NCBI GenBank assembly: GCA_004764695.1
Contig: SMSO01000032.1
Coordinates: 4,434,483 to 4,498,482, forward strand
Length of the DNA: 64,000 nucleotides
Direction: 5' to 3'
Origin: Schizochytrium sp. TIO01
Taxonomy: Eukaryota > Protista > Bigyra: Labyrinthulomycetes
Shown: one piece after another, positions 41,760-54,845 of the stretch
Layout: every line of letters begins with the position of its first letter
How positions within the stretch are numbered: the first letter of the stretch is position 1
Program-made: the position numbers and the translations under genes
The notes under the pieces: generated by a model
The model's input: the letters and a program-made list of their open reading frames with translations, nothing else
Database searches by the model: none
What the model was told of the DNA's origin: nothing

Positions 41760-44616
41760 GAGCTCCCTCCGTTTTGAACGCGTAATCTTGTTGGTGGAGA
41801 TGTGCGAAGTTAGATATCCTACAGACCTAGCTGGGCCTGTCTCTTTTCCTTTGCCGTGCTGTGTTGTACTGTACTGTGCTATGAGTCTGGTATATGACGT
41901 GGTGTTGCACGAAGGACAATGCTTCCTGAGTCTAGATGGCTGTTTTAGCAAACTCCGAGTCTGCCAAAGTCGGAGGATTGGTTTGTGCAAAGTTGAGGGA
42001 CGCGCTGCGAATGGAGGTTTATTTGCTTGTTTCCTTTTTCCTACTAGTTATTTGTTTGTTGCCAGTGTGCGCGAAGAATCACTCACTTATTTCTAATCAC
42101 TCACTTGGTTTGGTGAGTGCTTTGTTGATTTTTGCCTCAGAGTCTCTTGCCTGCTCTCTCTTTCACCACCTGCGCATCAGCTGGAAAACCCCTACAACTC
42201 CAAGATGCTTTGAGCAGCACTCGCGTGGGTCTGTTGGGTTCAAGTCTGCACAAATTGCACAGACTAAGCCAGACAATCGATTCTGCTTTTCTCTTTTTAA
42301 AGTCAAAGAATTAAAATTAAATTCATCATCATACTTGGAGTCAATCATTCGTTTAGAAAAAGAGAAGCAGAAAAGAAGAATACAAACATGGTAGTAGAAG
42401 GTATTGGGCGCTAGCAGTAGATAAAAGCACTAGTATAGATTGAAAACTGAGAAATTCTCAGAAAATAAAACTAGCACCCAACACACACATTGTTATGTAG
42501 CAGGTCACGGTACCTGATTTGATGGTACGTAAAATTGATATTCTCCAGTTAAAGCGGAGAGAATGGGAAATTACTGTTGATGCTCAGTAGTAGCTAGACC
42601 AACTCAGACATATATCTAATGTTGTTAATTAGTCTATGAGTACCTGAGGTAGATTCTGCTGATGAAAGAAAAGCATAACCTTATACTAGCAAATAGAATT
42701 AGGTTAGAGACCCATCTGAAATCCACTTTTACCGCCCCCTTCTTTTCTTTTTTAAATTATAATTAAAAATGTTTTTTAACAACTCTACACCTGTGTTGTT
42801 TTTTGTTTTTGTTTTTTCTTCATTGACGAACGAGGTATCTATTTCTTTCATATATATAGGGTCAAAATATTTAGTATTGTTATTATTATTACATTATATA
42901 TGCTGTACTGTTAATATCAATTATGCAGTCAGTCCAGGAAGCAGGCTACCGACTACACAACAATTATAGCATGCCTTGTTGTCTTGGTGTTGAATAATCC
43001 CTATGCTGATGTGAGCCATAGTGCAAAGTCGTGCAGAGACAGCACATCATAATCATTTTGCTTTGCTGAAATACAACTCCTATTCTTTGCCCCTTTTCGT
43101 TTTGTTTTGTTTATTCTAAATTTTCGACTAGTTAAAATTAATTTTAAAAAAATATTTAAATTGAAAACATAAGGTTTATCATCCAAGTTTTTTTTTTTAG
43201 TTCTGACCTAAGGGAATGCAGGCAATCTGCTTTGGCAGTGAGGTCGCGAAGTGTAGAAACTACTACTACCTGTCATTGGGTGACAAATTGCTTAGATTCT
43301 GAAAGCAAATAAGAGAAGTGCTTCAAATAAATTCTTCTCCATAAAGATCTGGAAAGAGAAGTGATAGGACATCAAGTCAAAAGGTGATGTGTTACTAGCT
43401 GGATTATCGTATGAGTTCGTTAAGATTTCTTGCTCTGCAGGTCATCCGTTATCCCTTGGGGAGGGGAGGGTTGTTGAAGCCAGCAAATGACCAAACACTA
43501 CCTTGAAGACTTGGTGCTGGCACGTGCGCGTTAAGTGCAAGTGATCAGTGGAAAAAGCAATCCGCGCACCCTACGAGGTTTCACTCACGGCGATTGTATA
43601 TAAATGCGCAGCAAGGCGACATCCAAGATTATATGAATAAATAATATTCGGTAAAGGCATACTTTTCTTGACGATAACACCAAAGCAACGAACTCTACAG
43701 CATTAATGCATATTCGTCCGAATTGCCTTTCATACAGTCATACCTGTATATAAATTTTAAAAAATAAATAATAAATGTCTCAAATAAAATAAAAAAAATA
43801 AAACAAAACAAAAGTATACGTACTCCTGAAAGAGGCTGGTATAGTTTACCACTACCTATGTGTTCTAATGCACTCTTGTATACTTTATCGCCAGTTGCAG
43901 TATCGCATCACTCACAAGCGCGTAAGAGGTTGGAAATCTCTATCACTGTATGTATGTAGTGTCTGGCGTAACGTTGTAAGATACATCTGTTAGTACCTAC
44001 CTACCTACTTACTCTTCCCTTCCCTTATGTTTTCTTTTCCACCAGCCACAATCAAATTTAAAATTCAAAGTATAGGCCTGTATATAATTAAAAAATCCAA
44101 TCATTGGTGTTTATTAGAGTCTTAGTCCAAAACAAACTATTCCTTAAAACAGGCCATGTTACCATATAAGCTGTTATTGTACTTAAGAAGTATCAAAGGT
44201 CTTTCTCTGAGGCGGAGTGGTAATCCAAAAAGTTTATGTAGGCCTATTTAGACGTCCGTTTCCAGATGGTTAGTTGTTTTTGTCATCTACTTAGGGTCGG
44301 TCCATTTACTCATTTACTGTAAGTAAGAACTACCTACTGATGTGATTTTTCATGTTGTATATTATATGCACTAGTTGTGGCGGTGGAATTTTAATAATGG
44401 TTGTGGTCTCCAAGTCGGCTAAGTGCCTTTTCCCTTCAAAAGGAGAGGCATCACCTTGCAAGCCGTACCAACCTTTTGCGTCAGAATCATTAGAAAGCAA
44501 AAAGCACGAACCTTTTTTCTAAATAAAAAAAGGTTACAAGACAAGGATTCATTAATAACCCACCCCCACTTTACACTGCGGAATGAACTTTTGAGATCTC
44601 TTATCATTGGCTGAGA

Positions 44617-44663
44617 ACCCTACGATGCGCAGCTTTAAACAGCACCCTACGATGCGCAACTTT
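44617..44663. repeat. Short direct repeat (2 x 20 bp ACCCTACGATGCGCARCTTT, period 27)
   Basis: Copies at 44617-44636 and 44644-44663 with one mismatch. Confidence 0.75.
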
Positions 44664-46186
44664 GGCTGTCCAAAGGTTATCTACTTACTCATGGCATAGT
44701 CTGCCGGAGTAACTCCAATAAAATCTGCAAGGAGAACATCGTGGTAATGCCCTCAACCATGAATATATATACATATCTTGAGAGCCATAGAATGCACAAA
44801 CGGCGGACTATTTTGATGCTGACATGTTTTCCCATAATGGATGAAAAGCACTTCTTAAGTAGGTACGCATCCAGCTGAGCAAAGTCTTATCAGCTGCAGA
44901 AGCCATTTGCCTTGTTTGACTACTTTGACTAAGGATCAATCATGTGTTTATTTTTCAAATAAGAAGAACGATGCAAAACTGGGGTTACCCTTACACATAC
45001 ATCTGAGCTATTCTTTGTTATTTTTACTTGCTAGTTCCTCAACTCCAATCTTTTAAGTATGAATGAAATACTGGCAAATCTTGAGGTATAGATAAATGTG
45101 ACTTGGTGCACCGTTGGAAAGAATAGCCAAATGATGCATTCTATTAGTGGTTTGGCTGGTTAAGGCGTTTGCTTGCTGCAATTATTTTCTAACAGTAGTC
45201 GAGAGCTGTATAAGCAAAGATGGCATTTACTTTTCGTCTTGTAATGCTTTATCTAGCTTTGTCGCTCAGCATATCATCTCAACGTTCTCTTTTATGTAGA
45301 TATACAAACTCCTTAGTAAGAACCTGCAGTCAAATATAGGAGTGGGTGAATGGCAGAGATTTTATTCTGTCTGAATATGTGCACAAACACTGAAGAGCAT
45401 TCAAGCAATCATGCTAGTGGGAAAATGAACCCCAGTCCCATAGTATTTAAATAAATTTATGTAGAACTTAGAATTTGACATTTGTTCAGGAACTTTGGCG
45501 GAGTAAGCTTACTCTATATCTTTCTTTCTTATGTCTCCACTAACTTTCACTCCTCTTCTCGTTATCCTATATGACTCTTCTCCCTTTCCTTCTTTTTCAA
45601 ACAAGAAATCTGAGCGTAGTAATCTTGGACAAGGAGTTTGTATTTGTCGGCTAGTATGTGCAGGATGGCAAGAAAGAAAGAAACACGTTTCCATCAGTAG
45701 TATTTGTTGGACTCATCTATAAACTTTGTGTTTTCTCTTTCATCCTTTTCTGGTTAATGGCTCTCTTTCTATATTAAGCATCGTTAAGATTTGCGATTTT
45801 GTGGTTCTAAATTGTTTAAGCTTCTTATTTCAGTACGATTCGCTATCCGTGCTGGTATCAGGCAAAGCATGTGCGGATTTTACTCGTCAGTTTAAGAAGC
45901 AACGGACGAAATGAATTCACCGACTGAGCAGGAAAGCTAACGTTTTAGGTATTCAATTATTTTCTGATCAAGCATGCAAGACAGATGTGAATTCATATAA
46001 CGAAAGAAATAGAATTTAACATGGTGGCACATTTTCTTCTGCCGCAATACATATTATGGCAGCGAAATTTCTTCAGTTCACTATTCAGAAGAATTTGGTA
46101 CTACTATAACAGAGAGCAAAAGTCAAAACTGAATAGGATGCATTTCTGATTTATTGTTTGAATGAAAGAAAATTGGAACATGAGGC

Positions 46187-47866
46187 TTACTTGCTACTGG
46201 ACGCTGCTGATGACTCAGCATTATCCGGTACCAGGTACTTGTTGAAAATACCCTTTGGATCAAGAGGTTCACAAATGAACGCATGGAATCCATCCAAAGC
46301 AGTAGATCCAATAAGACCAGGGACTTGGGGGTGAAAGTGAATTTCCTTAGGATCACTCTGACCTTGATGTAAGAAGAGAAGCTGAGGGGGGATATCAATC
46401 TTGGCGCCATCAGCACCAATGACCTCTCCTTGAAGTTTCGCTGCGCTACTAGCCTGCTCGGGATCCTCTTCGAGACTAAAGTCCCAAATAGAAACCTGAT
46501 TATCCGCACCAGCAGCAGCAATAACAGTCTCGTCGTGCGGATGCCACTCCAAAGAAGTAATAGGTGCCTTGTGCCATTGAAAAAATCCAACCGGCTCAGG
46601 TTTGGTTGCAAGACCTCCCTGCGCTTTATTAGGCTTGAGCATACGTAAGTCCCATACTTTGAAGGAACCATCATCAGATCCAGAGGCCAGGAGGTAGGGA
46701 ACGCGTTTATTCCATGAAAGGACGTTCACATCCTTGGTGTGAGCATCTGCAAGGGTAACCATTGCGCGGCTGCGCTCACGGACATCCCAGATACGCACGC
46801 TAAGATCAACGGAACCAGATGCAAGAACTGTTGGTTCTACAGGACTCCATTGAAGATCCTCCACGGAGTCAGTGTGTCCAGGCAGCGGTGTGGAGTCTAC
46901 AACACAAGTGCCATCCGGCTGGACTTGCCAGAGAAAAATATCGCGATGGCAGTCGCCACTTGCCATGCGACCCTCATGAACAGAGGACCAATCAAGGGCA
47001 TAACCCTCATCCTTGTGGCCCTTGAAAGCAAAAATAGCTCCATTTGCTGTGGGTGGAGCATTTGCCTTGGCTGCGCCGGCATCACTGGCCATACCAGGAA
47101 CAGTCATGCGCATGGAACGCAATTGAGGGGCGATGTCCCACATGTACACACGGCCGGCATCTGACCAAGTCGAAACGATGTTAGGATGTTGAGGCATAGA
47201 CCGAACGCGGTTGACTGCACCAGGGTGCTTTACGAAGCGTGAGTCCACAATTGGGTCATCGTCAAGGTCATCATCCTCATCATCGTCATCATCATCGTCG
47301 TCATCTTCATCAAGGCGGTCCTTTCGAGTACGATGCATGTCGCTGAGTTTGAGAATTAGCAGACGATTGTTCCGGGTTTCATCTGCTTGAGTTCCTGCAA
47401 CCATTAGCATACTGGCAGGAAGCTTGACTCGGTCAGCTCCAAGACCATCACGAAGAAAGTCAAAGCTGAGGCACGGCCATTCCATGTGGAGTTGATGGAG
47501 CATAATGTATGCAGAGCTGTCGTACTCTAGCTCTTCGTCCTCAGCAAGCTCATCAACGCCTGCACGGAAGAGTCTCTGTTGTGCGTTGCCGACTTTCTCC
47601 TCGTCTTCATCACTGTTTGCATCCATGTCTTCGTCTTCGTCATCTTCCTCATCAATTTGACCATTGGTTTTTTGCTGATTCTTGTTGGCCTCCACTTCTT
47701 CGTCATCCTCGACTTCGTCTTCGAAAGGGTCCTCAAACACAAGATCTCCCTCAGCGTCCTCTCGCCTCTTCTGCCCAGGCGCTAATTGTTCTCCAGCACG
47801 AGTGGCTTTGGTTTGATCATCGTCGCCACCACGTTCACGCCTCTTGTTGCTCGGACGTCCGCTCAT
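46187..47866 (-). CDS. GRWD1: Glutamate-rich WD40 repeat protein GRWD1/Rrb1 (ribosome biogenesis, histone-binding CAF1C-like N-domain)
   Basis: Acidic N-terminus, LEYDSSAYIMLH...WPCLSFD, AGTQAD, VNRVRSMP, HKDEGYALDWS, GHTDSVEDLQWSP, DVNVLSWN, SGSDDGSFKVWDLR, IPPQLLFLHQGQ, KEIHFHPQVPG. Confidence 0.95.
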   Translation of the reverse strand: MSGRPSNKRRERGGDDDQTKATRAGEQLAPGQKRREDAEGDLVFEDPFEDEVEDDEEVEANKNQQKTNGQIDEEDDEDEDMDANSDEDEEKVGNAQQRLFRAGVDELAEDEELEYDSSAYIMLHQLHMEWPCLSFDFLRDGLGADRVKLPASMLMVAGTQADETRNNRLLILKLSDMHRTRKDRLDEDDDDDDDDDEDDDLDDDPIVDSRFVKHPGAVNRVRSMPQHPNIVSTWSDAGRVYMWDIAPQLRSMRMTVPGMASDAGAAKANAPPTANGAIFAFKGHKDEGYALDWSSVHEGRMASGDCHRDIFLWQVQPDGTCVVDSTPLPGHTDSVEDLQWSPVEPTVLASGSVDLSVRIWDVRERSRAMVTLADAHTKDVNVLSWNKRVPYLLASGSDDGSFKVWDLRMLKPNKAQGGLATKPEPVGFFQWHKAPITSLEWHPHDETVIAAAGADNQVSIWDFSLEEDPEQASSAAKLQGEVIGADGAKIDIPPQLLFLHQGQSDPKEIHFHPQVPGLIGSTALDGFHAFICEPLDPKGIFNKYLVPDNAESSAASSSK

Positions 47867-48687
47867 TTTCGAGTGTCTTTTTATCTAGCGTGTAGTATCA
47901 CTCTTCTGTTTCTCTGATTCTACTTTCCTTGTTTGCGCCTAGACCAAAGATCCCTGGGCTCTATCGACTCTCTCGACCAGCCGATCAAGGGACTATCTGC
48001 CTAGACCACACCAGACCAGACAAGGCACACAACGCCAGTGGATTCAACAACTACAAATCTCAGATGAACCAAGGCAAGAAAGCCTCTGGTCCTCACAGCC
48101 AGTCTTTTGCAGGCCACAATGTCAGTCTGTGACCTTGCTGCTCCAGAAGGGTCCAAAGAGAAGCTGATGCGATTCTTTGTCCCCCTACTTAGGTGGTTTT
48201 GCTTGCCAAGTTCAAGCGCTCCAGTGAAAGAGCAAATAAGCAAGGACTCACGCAGCCACTCACTGTCCAAGTCCTTTGGCTTTGCTTTATTTCCATTCTT
48301 TACTCCTTTCTTATAATGGTAATTCATGCTATCATTTATTAGGACTTGCACCACTCAATATAGTGAAGACCCTTTACTTTCCACTTAGCTTTTGCTTTTA
48401 CCCAATTGAAAGAATTTTACATAGCCTTTGACTAACTGTGAGTAACATGGTAGGTAAGCCCTACTGGGTATTTATCTACCTCAATGTGGTACACTCTCGC
48501 CATTCAGAGGCTACTCATACGGTACTATCGATCGATCCTTAGATTTTGGTCACTGTCACTGCTCAGATTTAATTAGTTAAAATACTTTACTTCAAAATAA
48601 TTTGGGCCAGAACTCAACTCAAAAAGTAGTGCTAGTAGGTGCTACTATAGGTCCCATTTCACATTAGACTTTCTCTACCCAAGCAGG

Positions 48688-48726
48688 GATTGTTTTGGCT
48701 TGAGTTTTTATCCAAGTTTAAATATT
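48688..48726 (+). repeat. Copy of dispersed ~45-bp hairpin element
   Basis: GATTGTTTTGGCTTGAGTTTTTATCCAAGTTTAAATATT matches the consensus. Confidence 0.7.
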
Positions 48727-49152
48727 CGTAGAGGCTACCTCTGCCTAGTACCCGCATAAAATAAAAGCATGTAAAACGGGGGGGGAAATCGAAAACAGTA
48801 GGTTCACTTTCCTAGATTAATATCATCGCAAATCTCTTACTGAGCCTACAGGTGGGGGGCTGTAGTTAGATATTCCCTACATTTAGTGTCGCGTACACGC
48901 CTCAATTGTTTTCCATTATCCTGTTGTAGATTATTGCTTTGAATCATTTGCCACTGCTACTGTCTATCTTACATTTTCAAATTTGTATGATCATTTAGAA
49001 ATCATTACACTGAAGATTGGGTGAAATAAAAAGAAGAGAAATCACTTCAGTTGTTTATCTCTAGTACTTGGCCAGTTTTGCGCTGACGATGCTTGGGAAG
49101 TTGTGTGTACGATACAAGGAATATTTCAAGCAGAGTCAAGGCATGGATTTGT

Positions 49153-49779
49153 TTATGCTCTAATGGACCATTCAGCAGTGACAATGGCAACGATCTCGCC
49201 TTTTTCATTATGTAACGAAGTTTTGATTGGCACAGTCGTCGACTGCCCAGGACCTGGAATATCATCTTTCAAAAGTTCGCACGTAGCAGTAATGGTACCA
49301 CGAGCTTTGGCTATGAATTTCGATTCAAGACGTGTAACGATTGCTTTAATCTTACGATCTTCAAGGCGACGTACCTGCTGCTGGAGCGTCAGCATAGCAA
49401 GCCCACCTGTATATTCTCCTAGATTAGTCAATGCTACTGCGTGCAACGAGTTGAACGGGTTCTTAAGCCACGGCCGTTCAGTCATTGATGCAGCACAAAC
49501 AACTTTGCCAGTTTTAGCCTCTGCCTCGAGGCGCCTCAGGATAGGCTCGCAGCTAGCCGAGTATGGCGCGACGAACCGCGTAAGTAATTTGAAGACATGG
49601 CCGCGCCATGGCACGCCTCCTAAAGTCCTGAAAAGAAGAGCGTGATCCTGAAGCACCCGCGGTTCACGCAGGATGGCAACCAAAAGAGGGCCTGCTGCGA
49701 AGGCAACCGCTGCTGTTGTGCGAGCTGCATCTAGCAAGTCATACAATGGCTTCGCAAAAAGCGTCAGTAGACCGTCCAT
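49153..49779 (-). CDS. Hot-dog-fold thioesterase-like protein (DUF4442/PaaI-like)
   Basis: APYSAS...PWLKNPFNSLHAVALTNLGEYTGGL...LESKFIAKARGTITATC...GEIVAIVTAEW; hydrophobic N-terminal extension. Confidence 0.8.
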   Translation of the reverse strand: MDGLLTLFAKPLYDLLDAARTTAAVAFAAGPLLVAILREPRVLQDHALLFRTLGGVPWRGHVFKLLTRFVAPYSASCEPILRRLEAEAKTGKVVCAASMTERPWLKNPFNSLHAVALTNLGEYTGGLAMLTLQQQVRRLEDRKIKAIVTRLESKFIAKARGTITATCELLKDDIPGPGQSTTVPIKTSLHNEKGEIVAIVTAEWSIRA

Positions 49780-49954
49780 GGTGCCGATGTACTGTCTGCC
49801 TTTCAGATACGAACTTGAGATAAGTGCCTAGCGAAAGTTCTTTGCCGAGGCTCTTGATCATGCCAGGCCACTCTCACTTAGTCTAAAGCTAGTCCTTAAA
49901 ATCCTTTTTTCTTGGCCAAAAGCTTTTAAAAATCATTATTACATCATTATTACA

Positions 49955-49992
49955 TAGGTAGGTAGGTAGGTAGGTAGGTAGGTAGGTAGGTA
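49955..49992. repeat. (TAGG)n microsatellite
   Basis: About 9.5 perfect TAGG units. Confidence 0.9.
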
Positions 49993-51743
49993 CCTACTTA
50001 CTAGTATTCATGTAGGTTGTAAAAATAAAAAGGCTAGATTAGATTATGGTTTTTCACAATGTAATAAAGCTTATGTCGAAATTGGGAGTAAGGATGCAAG
50101 GCTAAAGGGATTAAATGTGTACAGATTCGGGCGCTTACTGCAATAATGTCTAATATGATGAAAAGGCGCTAACAAATCAACGAGGATAATAGCGTTGTAT
50201 CATGTTAGGATCGTAGTTCTGTCTACTTATACCGCCTGTGATCCTCTACGAAGTAAAGTAGCTCTCTTTTCATTTATATCTCGAGCCATAACTGAATATA
50301 TTGTAACCTGATATCATGAGGTTGCTATATTAGAAGAGTTGTCAGGATAAGTTAGCTTCATAACAATGTATGGTGCATGACGATCATAGAGAAGATAACA
50401 AATGACTACTTTTAAAATCTAAACAAGCATGTCACAAAGCTTTTAGAAATTAGCTCTTCTTGAATAAAGGGCTAAGAACAGCCAGCTATTATTGACATAC
50501 AAAAGAATAATGTCATCATTGGTGCTGCAAGATGGATCTGGTCAGCTGGAGATTGGGAAAATGAAGACAAGAGGTTTGATTCCAAGAAGGTTGATTTTTA
50601 ATTTAACACTTAGCGCACTCCGAGTCAGGCCAATTCATGTAGGAGTCCAAGACACTCTTCAACTATGCTAGATAGAATTGACTCGGTTAGATCAACTCAA
50701 ATCCTCAACTATCAATTCAAGACACCCCATAATTCTAGGAAATGTGTAGGCACACTTCTGATTGTTGGCTTTTTAACCACCGCAAGTCTAGTTGTCTAGT
50801 TCTGCTCTATTACAAGCCATATATCCATGAAGTCTTTACAAAAGGATGCCTAGAACTCAAACAATGTCTTATCCACTAGCTCCTTCGACTGAAGATCTGA
50901 ACAATTGGGACAAGTCTTACATAATAAACCTACCTCCAGCAGTGGAGAAGTGTACTCTTGATTGGAAAGATAACCATGAAATTTTATATTGAAATTTTTT
51001 AATTGCTCGTGATGTTCAACAAGGTGCTTTTTACGCTCAAACAAAGGCGCATGCTATTCTGCAGCTTGCTTGACCCAGAACAGAACGAAGCTTGAGATAT
51101 TGCGGGATAAGGATCCTTCGAATAAAAATATATCTTGAGCTTCGCATTAATATAACAATATTTGCAATCTAATGTTGTACATAACTTCATCCAGTTTGTA
51201 CTCATGTGAACATGTTGGTAATATATTGACAGATTAATAATTAAATATATCATGCGAATTCAAGAAGGATGAATAAATTTGTGCAAGGAGGAATGTATCC
51301 TTGTCTCTTTGAATGAACTGTATAGAATTCAACTCTGTTGTATTGAAGGAACTTACATAAATTTATTCGAAAGCGTGTAGCAGCTCTCAGCTTAACCCGG
51401 ATTACGAACTTGATCGACGAAGGACGCCATGACACGCCCCCCTTCTATGCTAGCTTCTTGGAGTAAATCTTACAGTTTTGAGCATGTAAAATAAAACCAA
51501 AACAAGCAAAGAAAGGAATGTCCAAATGACGATTCATTTGCACCAGGGCTTAATAACAATACAGCGTACCAATTAAAATGTTTATATGTACAAGATTAAA
51601 GATATCAATGTGTACAAGAGATCTGAGCGCAATGAGAGCTAAGATAGTCGTCAATCAGAAAAAAAAAAAATAAGTGTGTTTTGTTGCGCCTGCATGGTAA
51701 CATTGCTTTGGCAGTAGCTCCAAGTGCAGAACCTTGGAATCGG

Positions 51744-52658
51744 TTAAATTATATACATGAGAGCTCTGTTAGCAAAATTTGAACGGCCTACCATCACACC
51801 AAAAGTAAGAACACAGAAATGAGAAACAAAGAGAGGAGTGCTAAGGAATTCAATAACTCGCGAAAACGATATCCAGCTTATCCAGATAGTAGAGTCTGGA
51901 ACAACCTCACCAAGCTTTGCGCGGCACTCACGACGTTGTCTCCTTCGCTCTGCTTTGTCAGATTTTTCTCCTCGTTGAAAGTGTGGCGAGGATAAAATAC
52001 TGCTACTATCGCCACGGTCTAAATTGCGTCGAGAACCCGTTGAAGATAGCGTGTCCTCATCAGAGCTACGCGATACCACATGTCTTCGTGACCCATTGCT
52101 CCAGGCTGTTGCGTCATGAAGTTGAGATTGAGGATGAGAATGCAGGTGTGGAGCCCCAGGATTGGGCTGAACATCAAAGCCTCGAGGCGACAGAGGAATG
52201 GGCACCGAATTGTGCATCATAACCCCGAGAAAGGGATGTGAGCGATCACCATAACGATGGCTGCGTGCAGCAGCAGCTGCTGCTGCAGCTGCGCGGATTT
52301 CTTCTTCTGGTATAGAGTTATCAGTAGCTATGGAAAAAGGTGAACCAAGGCGACCAAGATTGCTTTCACGTTGCATTGCCAAGCCTAGAGATTGTTCAGC
52401 TTGTGCAAGAGAATCATAGCAGTAATCTTGCCCAGAGTATAACAGGGTATGCATTCCATCTGGTGTTCGCCTGATTGGAAGCATTTCTTGAGCATAACTT
52501 TCTGAAAAGTCACTGAGCTCGTGATCACTGGCGCGAGATGATGCTCGTGAAAATGCACCGCCCGTTTCATCAAGAACAATCCAAGAATCACTAGTACGCG
52601 CACCCATGCTCGCACGGCTGTTCTCTCGTGGGATTGGTCCGGAGTCTGCAGTAGACAT
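51744..52658 (-). CDS. Disordered tail-anchored protein with N-terminal LIR and BNIP3/NIX-like transmembrane helix (candidate mitophagy receptor)
   Basis: 304 aa. SDSWIVLDE at residues 23-31; Ser-rich disordered body; C-terminal FLSTPLFVSHFCVLTFGVMVGR plus a short tail. A probable 5'-UTR splice acceptor (TTTATTCATAG) lies just before the ATG. Confidence 0.7.
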   Translation of the reverse strand: MSTADSGPIPRENSRASMGARTSDSWIVLDETGGAFSRASSRASDHELSDFSESYAQEMLPIRRTPDGMHTLLYSGQDYCYDSLAQAEQSLGLAMQRESNLGRLGSPFSIATDNSIPEEEIRAAAAAAAAARSHRYGDRSHPFLGVMMHNSVPIPLSPRGFDVQPNPGAPHLHSHPQSQLHDATAWSNGSRRHVVSRSSDEDTLSSTGSRRNLDRGDSSSILSSPHFQRGEKSDKAERRRQRRECRAKLGEVVPDSTIWISWISFSRVIEFLSTPLFVSHFCVLTFGVMVGRSNFANRALMYII

Positions 52659-53830
52659 GCTATGAATAAACTCTTGAATAAAGATTTGAGGACTGGACGG
52701 GGGGTGTGCAGTGTTTATATATCCTGGTGTAGCTCCAGTGTTTGCCTCTTCACAGGTGAAATCTCCGCTGGCATTGTCTAAATGTATACAGATTTCTGAT
52801 CTGGTGGTAGCGCATGAGTGCGTAATTTGTGTATTAGGGGCACCGATTTGCTCACAGGTGCAGTCACTGGGCTGACTGAATGTAGACTGGTCAGCTCCGG
52901 TAGAAGTAGTTGTAGCAGCATTGGTCAGATCGCTAACATGGCTATTCAGGCTTTCGCTCGAAGCAAACTTGGTTTGATACTGCTGATGCGAGCTGTACAG
53001 CCCATCTGATGTCGAACTTTCAGAATTTTTTTTCCATCGCTTGGTTTGATATCTTTAAGAAGGATATATCCCAGTATGTATCTCTACACGCCCTTGACGA
53101 GGACGAGGGGTTTATTTCAATATAGCAAAGGAGTGAGTCCACGTGGACGAATCACAACGTGGGTTCTTGAGTAGAGGACAATACCAACCTCGAATGTAGT
53201 CTGTCTAGGGTAGCAGTCTACACTGATGCACGCAGGTCTAGCCCGTGGACGTCGAGCGCCCTTGAAAAGTGAATACCCCTTCCTCGGCAGGAAAGGTTCT
53301 TTGTCTGATTCGAAGCAGTTGCAGATGTTCCGTGCTCTTCGTTAGTTGGGACTGTTCCGTGACCGTCACGCAATGTCAGCTGGTGTATTTTTAGTTTACG
53401 TCTGTTGCGCAAGAAGCCAAACTCGCGTCTACCTCCTTTCGAACGTCTCAGCTATGCTTGATTCAAAGCTCTAGACGAACGCGCTCTCCCGCGAGCGAGA
53501 GGTTACTAGCTCGCTCTGGCTTGCTCTGATTAGCTATTTGATGCCTTATTTTCTTCTCTTTCCTCTCTTTCTCTCTTTCTCTCTTTGTCCCTTTCTCTTT
53601 CTTTCTTTCTATGACCCCTATAATTAGAACTAGGTAGTGAAGTAGGTAGTGGGTATTGGAACAGGGGTGTATTTCTTTCCTTTTTAACCACCTTTTTCGA
53701 CCTATTCTACCCCTAGCGTCAACACTAGAACTGCCGTATATCTACTTTTCTTTAGCTTTGAAGAAATGTCACAGAAGACACCTACCTACTACTACTACCT
53801 TCGTGCATATACTATGGTAGTGCTACCCCT

Positions 53831-53912
53831 ATACATACATACATACATACATACATACATACCTACTACCTACCTACCTACCTACCTACCTACCTACATA
53901 CCTGCCTACCTA
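53831..53912. repeat. Compound (ATAC)n-(CCTA)n microsatellite
   Basis: Directly visible tract. Confidence 0.9.
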
Positions 53913-54206
53913 TCTGTTGACCTGCCGAGATATCTCCTAAACTCAGACAACTCACTGTCTACTAACTCTCTCCACAAGGTGGTCCAACCTTGTGCTTCTA
54001 TCTGGTGTGCTTTAACTTTGAAGACTCTGGCTGAGTAAGAGAGCCTACTCGTAGGAGTGCGTAGCCTCGACTGAAGAGTAGTGACAAAGAGACCACGCCA
54101 TGACGAGGCTCACTCGACTCATCCGCGTCTTTCTATGTAAACTATAACTGCTATAACTGAGTAGGTAGGTAGGTGATAGGATAGGCACCTGACTACTACA
54201 TACATG

Positions 54207-54245
54207 ACAAACAAAACAAACAAACAAACAAACAAACAAACAAAC
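54207..54245. repeat. (CAAA)n microsatellite
   Basis: Directly visible tract. Confidence 0.9.
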
Positions 54246-54845
54246 TTTCTTTGGAAGAGAGTTTGGTACTTGCGCTGCCTACAATGTTTTCTGAATAGAA
54301 TCATTGAGCGATTATGTTCTTATGTTCTGTTGAGTGAGTTTTTCACCCAAGTTAGAAGATTTCAACTTGTCAACTTGTTGAACTCAGCGCCTCTGACTCT
54401 GCTAGTGAAAGTGGAATGAATAGGGAGAATAGAAGCATCCTTCTACAGGCTAGAAAGGTAGTACCCACCTACTTAGTACGGTAGGACAACAATACAATAA
54501 CAGTTTCCAAAGAATATCACGGTTGACTCATTTTTGTGCATAAGACACCCTAGGTAGGTAGGTAACGAACCCTAGCTTTCCGTTGCTGCCTTTGCTATTG
54601 CCCTAGCTATTTTGAAGTTGGAGCTACTCGAACTACTATGCTCAATTCTGCGTACGTATGCGTTTCTTGCAATGCGGGTATTGATGAGGGTCGAGCACGT
54701 AACTCAGTATTTCTCTGACAAGTTTATATGTCTATAACCATTTTACCGAAAGCCTTCGTCTACTCGGATTCTCGCTCGACGATACGTTCATCATCTACGC
54801 GAAAGCTTATTTACTTGTTCTCTCTGATTGGCTGAAGACATTTAT

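Noticed and set aside
41760-41990. 77-aa N-terminal extension of the kinase ORF
   Set aside because: It starts at TTG and reads like UTR; ATG 41759 is the more plausible start.
44617-44663. Direct repeat considered as a CRISPR-like array
   Set aside because: Only two units with a 7-bp spacer, in a eukaryotic context with no cas genes.
49955-49992. TAGG tracts as telomeric repeats
   Set aside because: Short, internal, scattered in both orientations and not TTAGGG-type; ordinary microsatellites.
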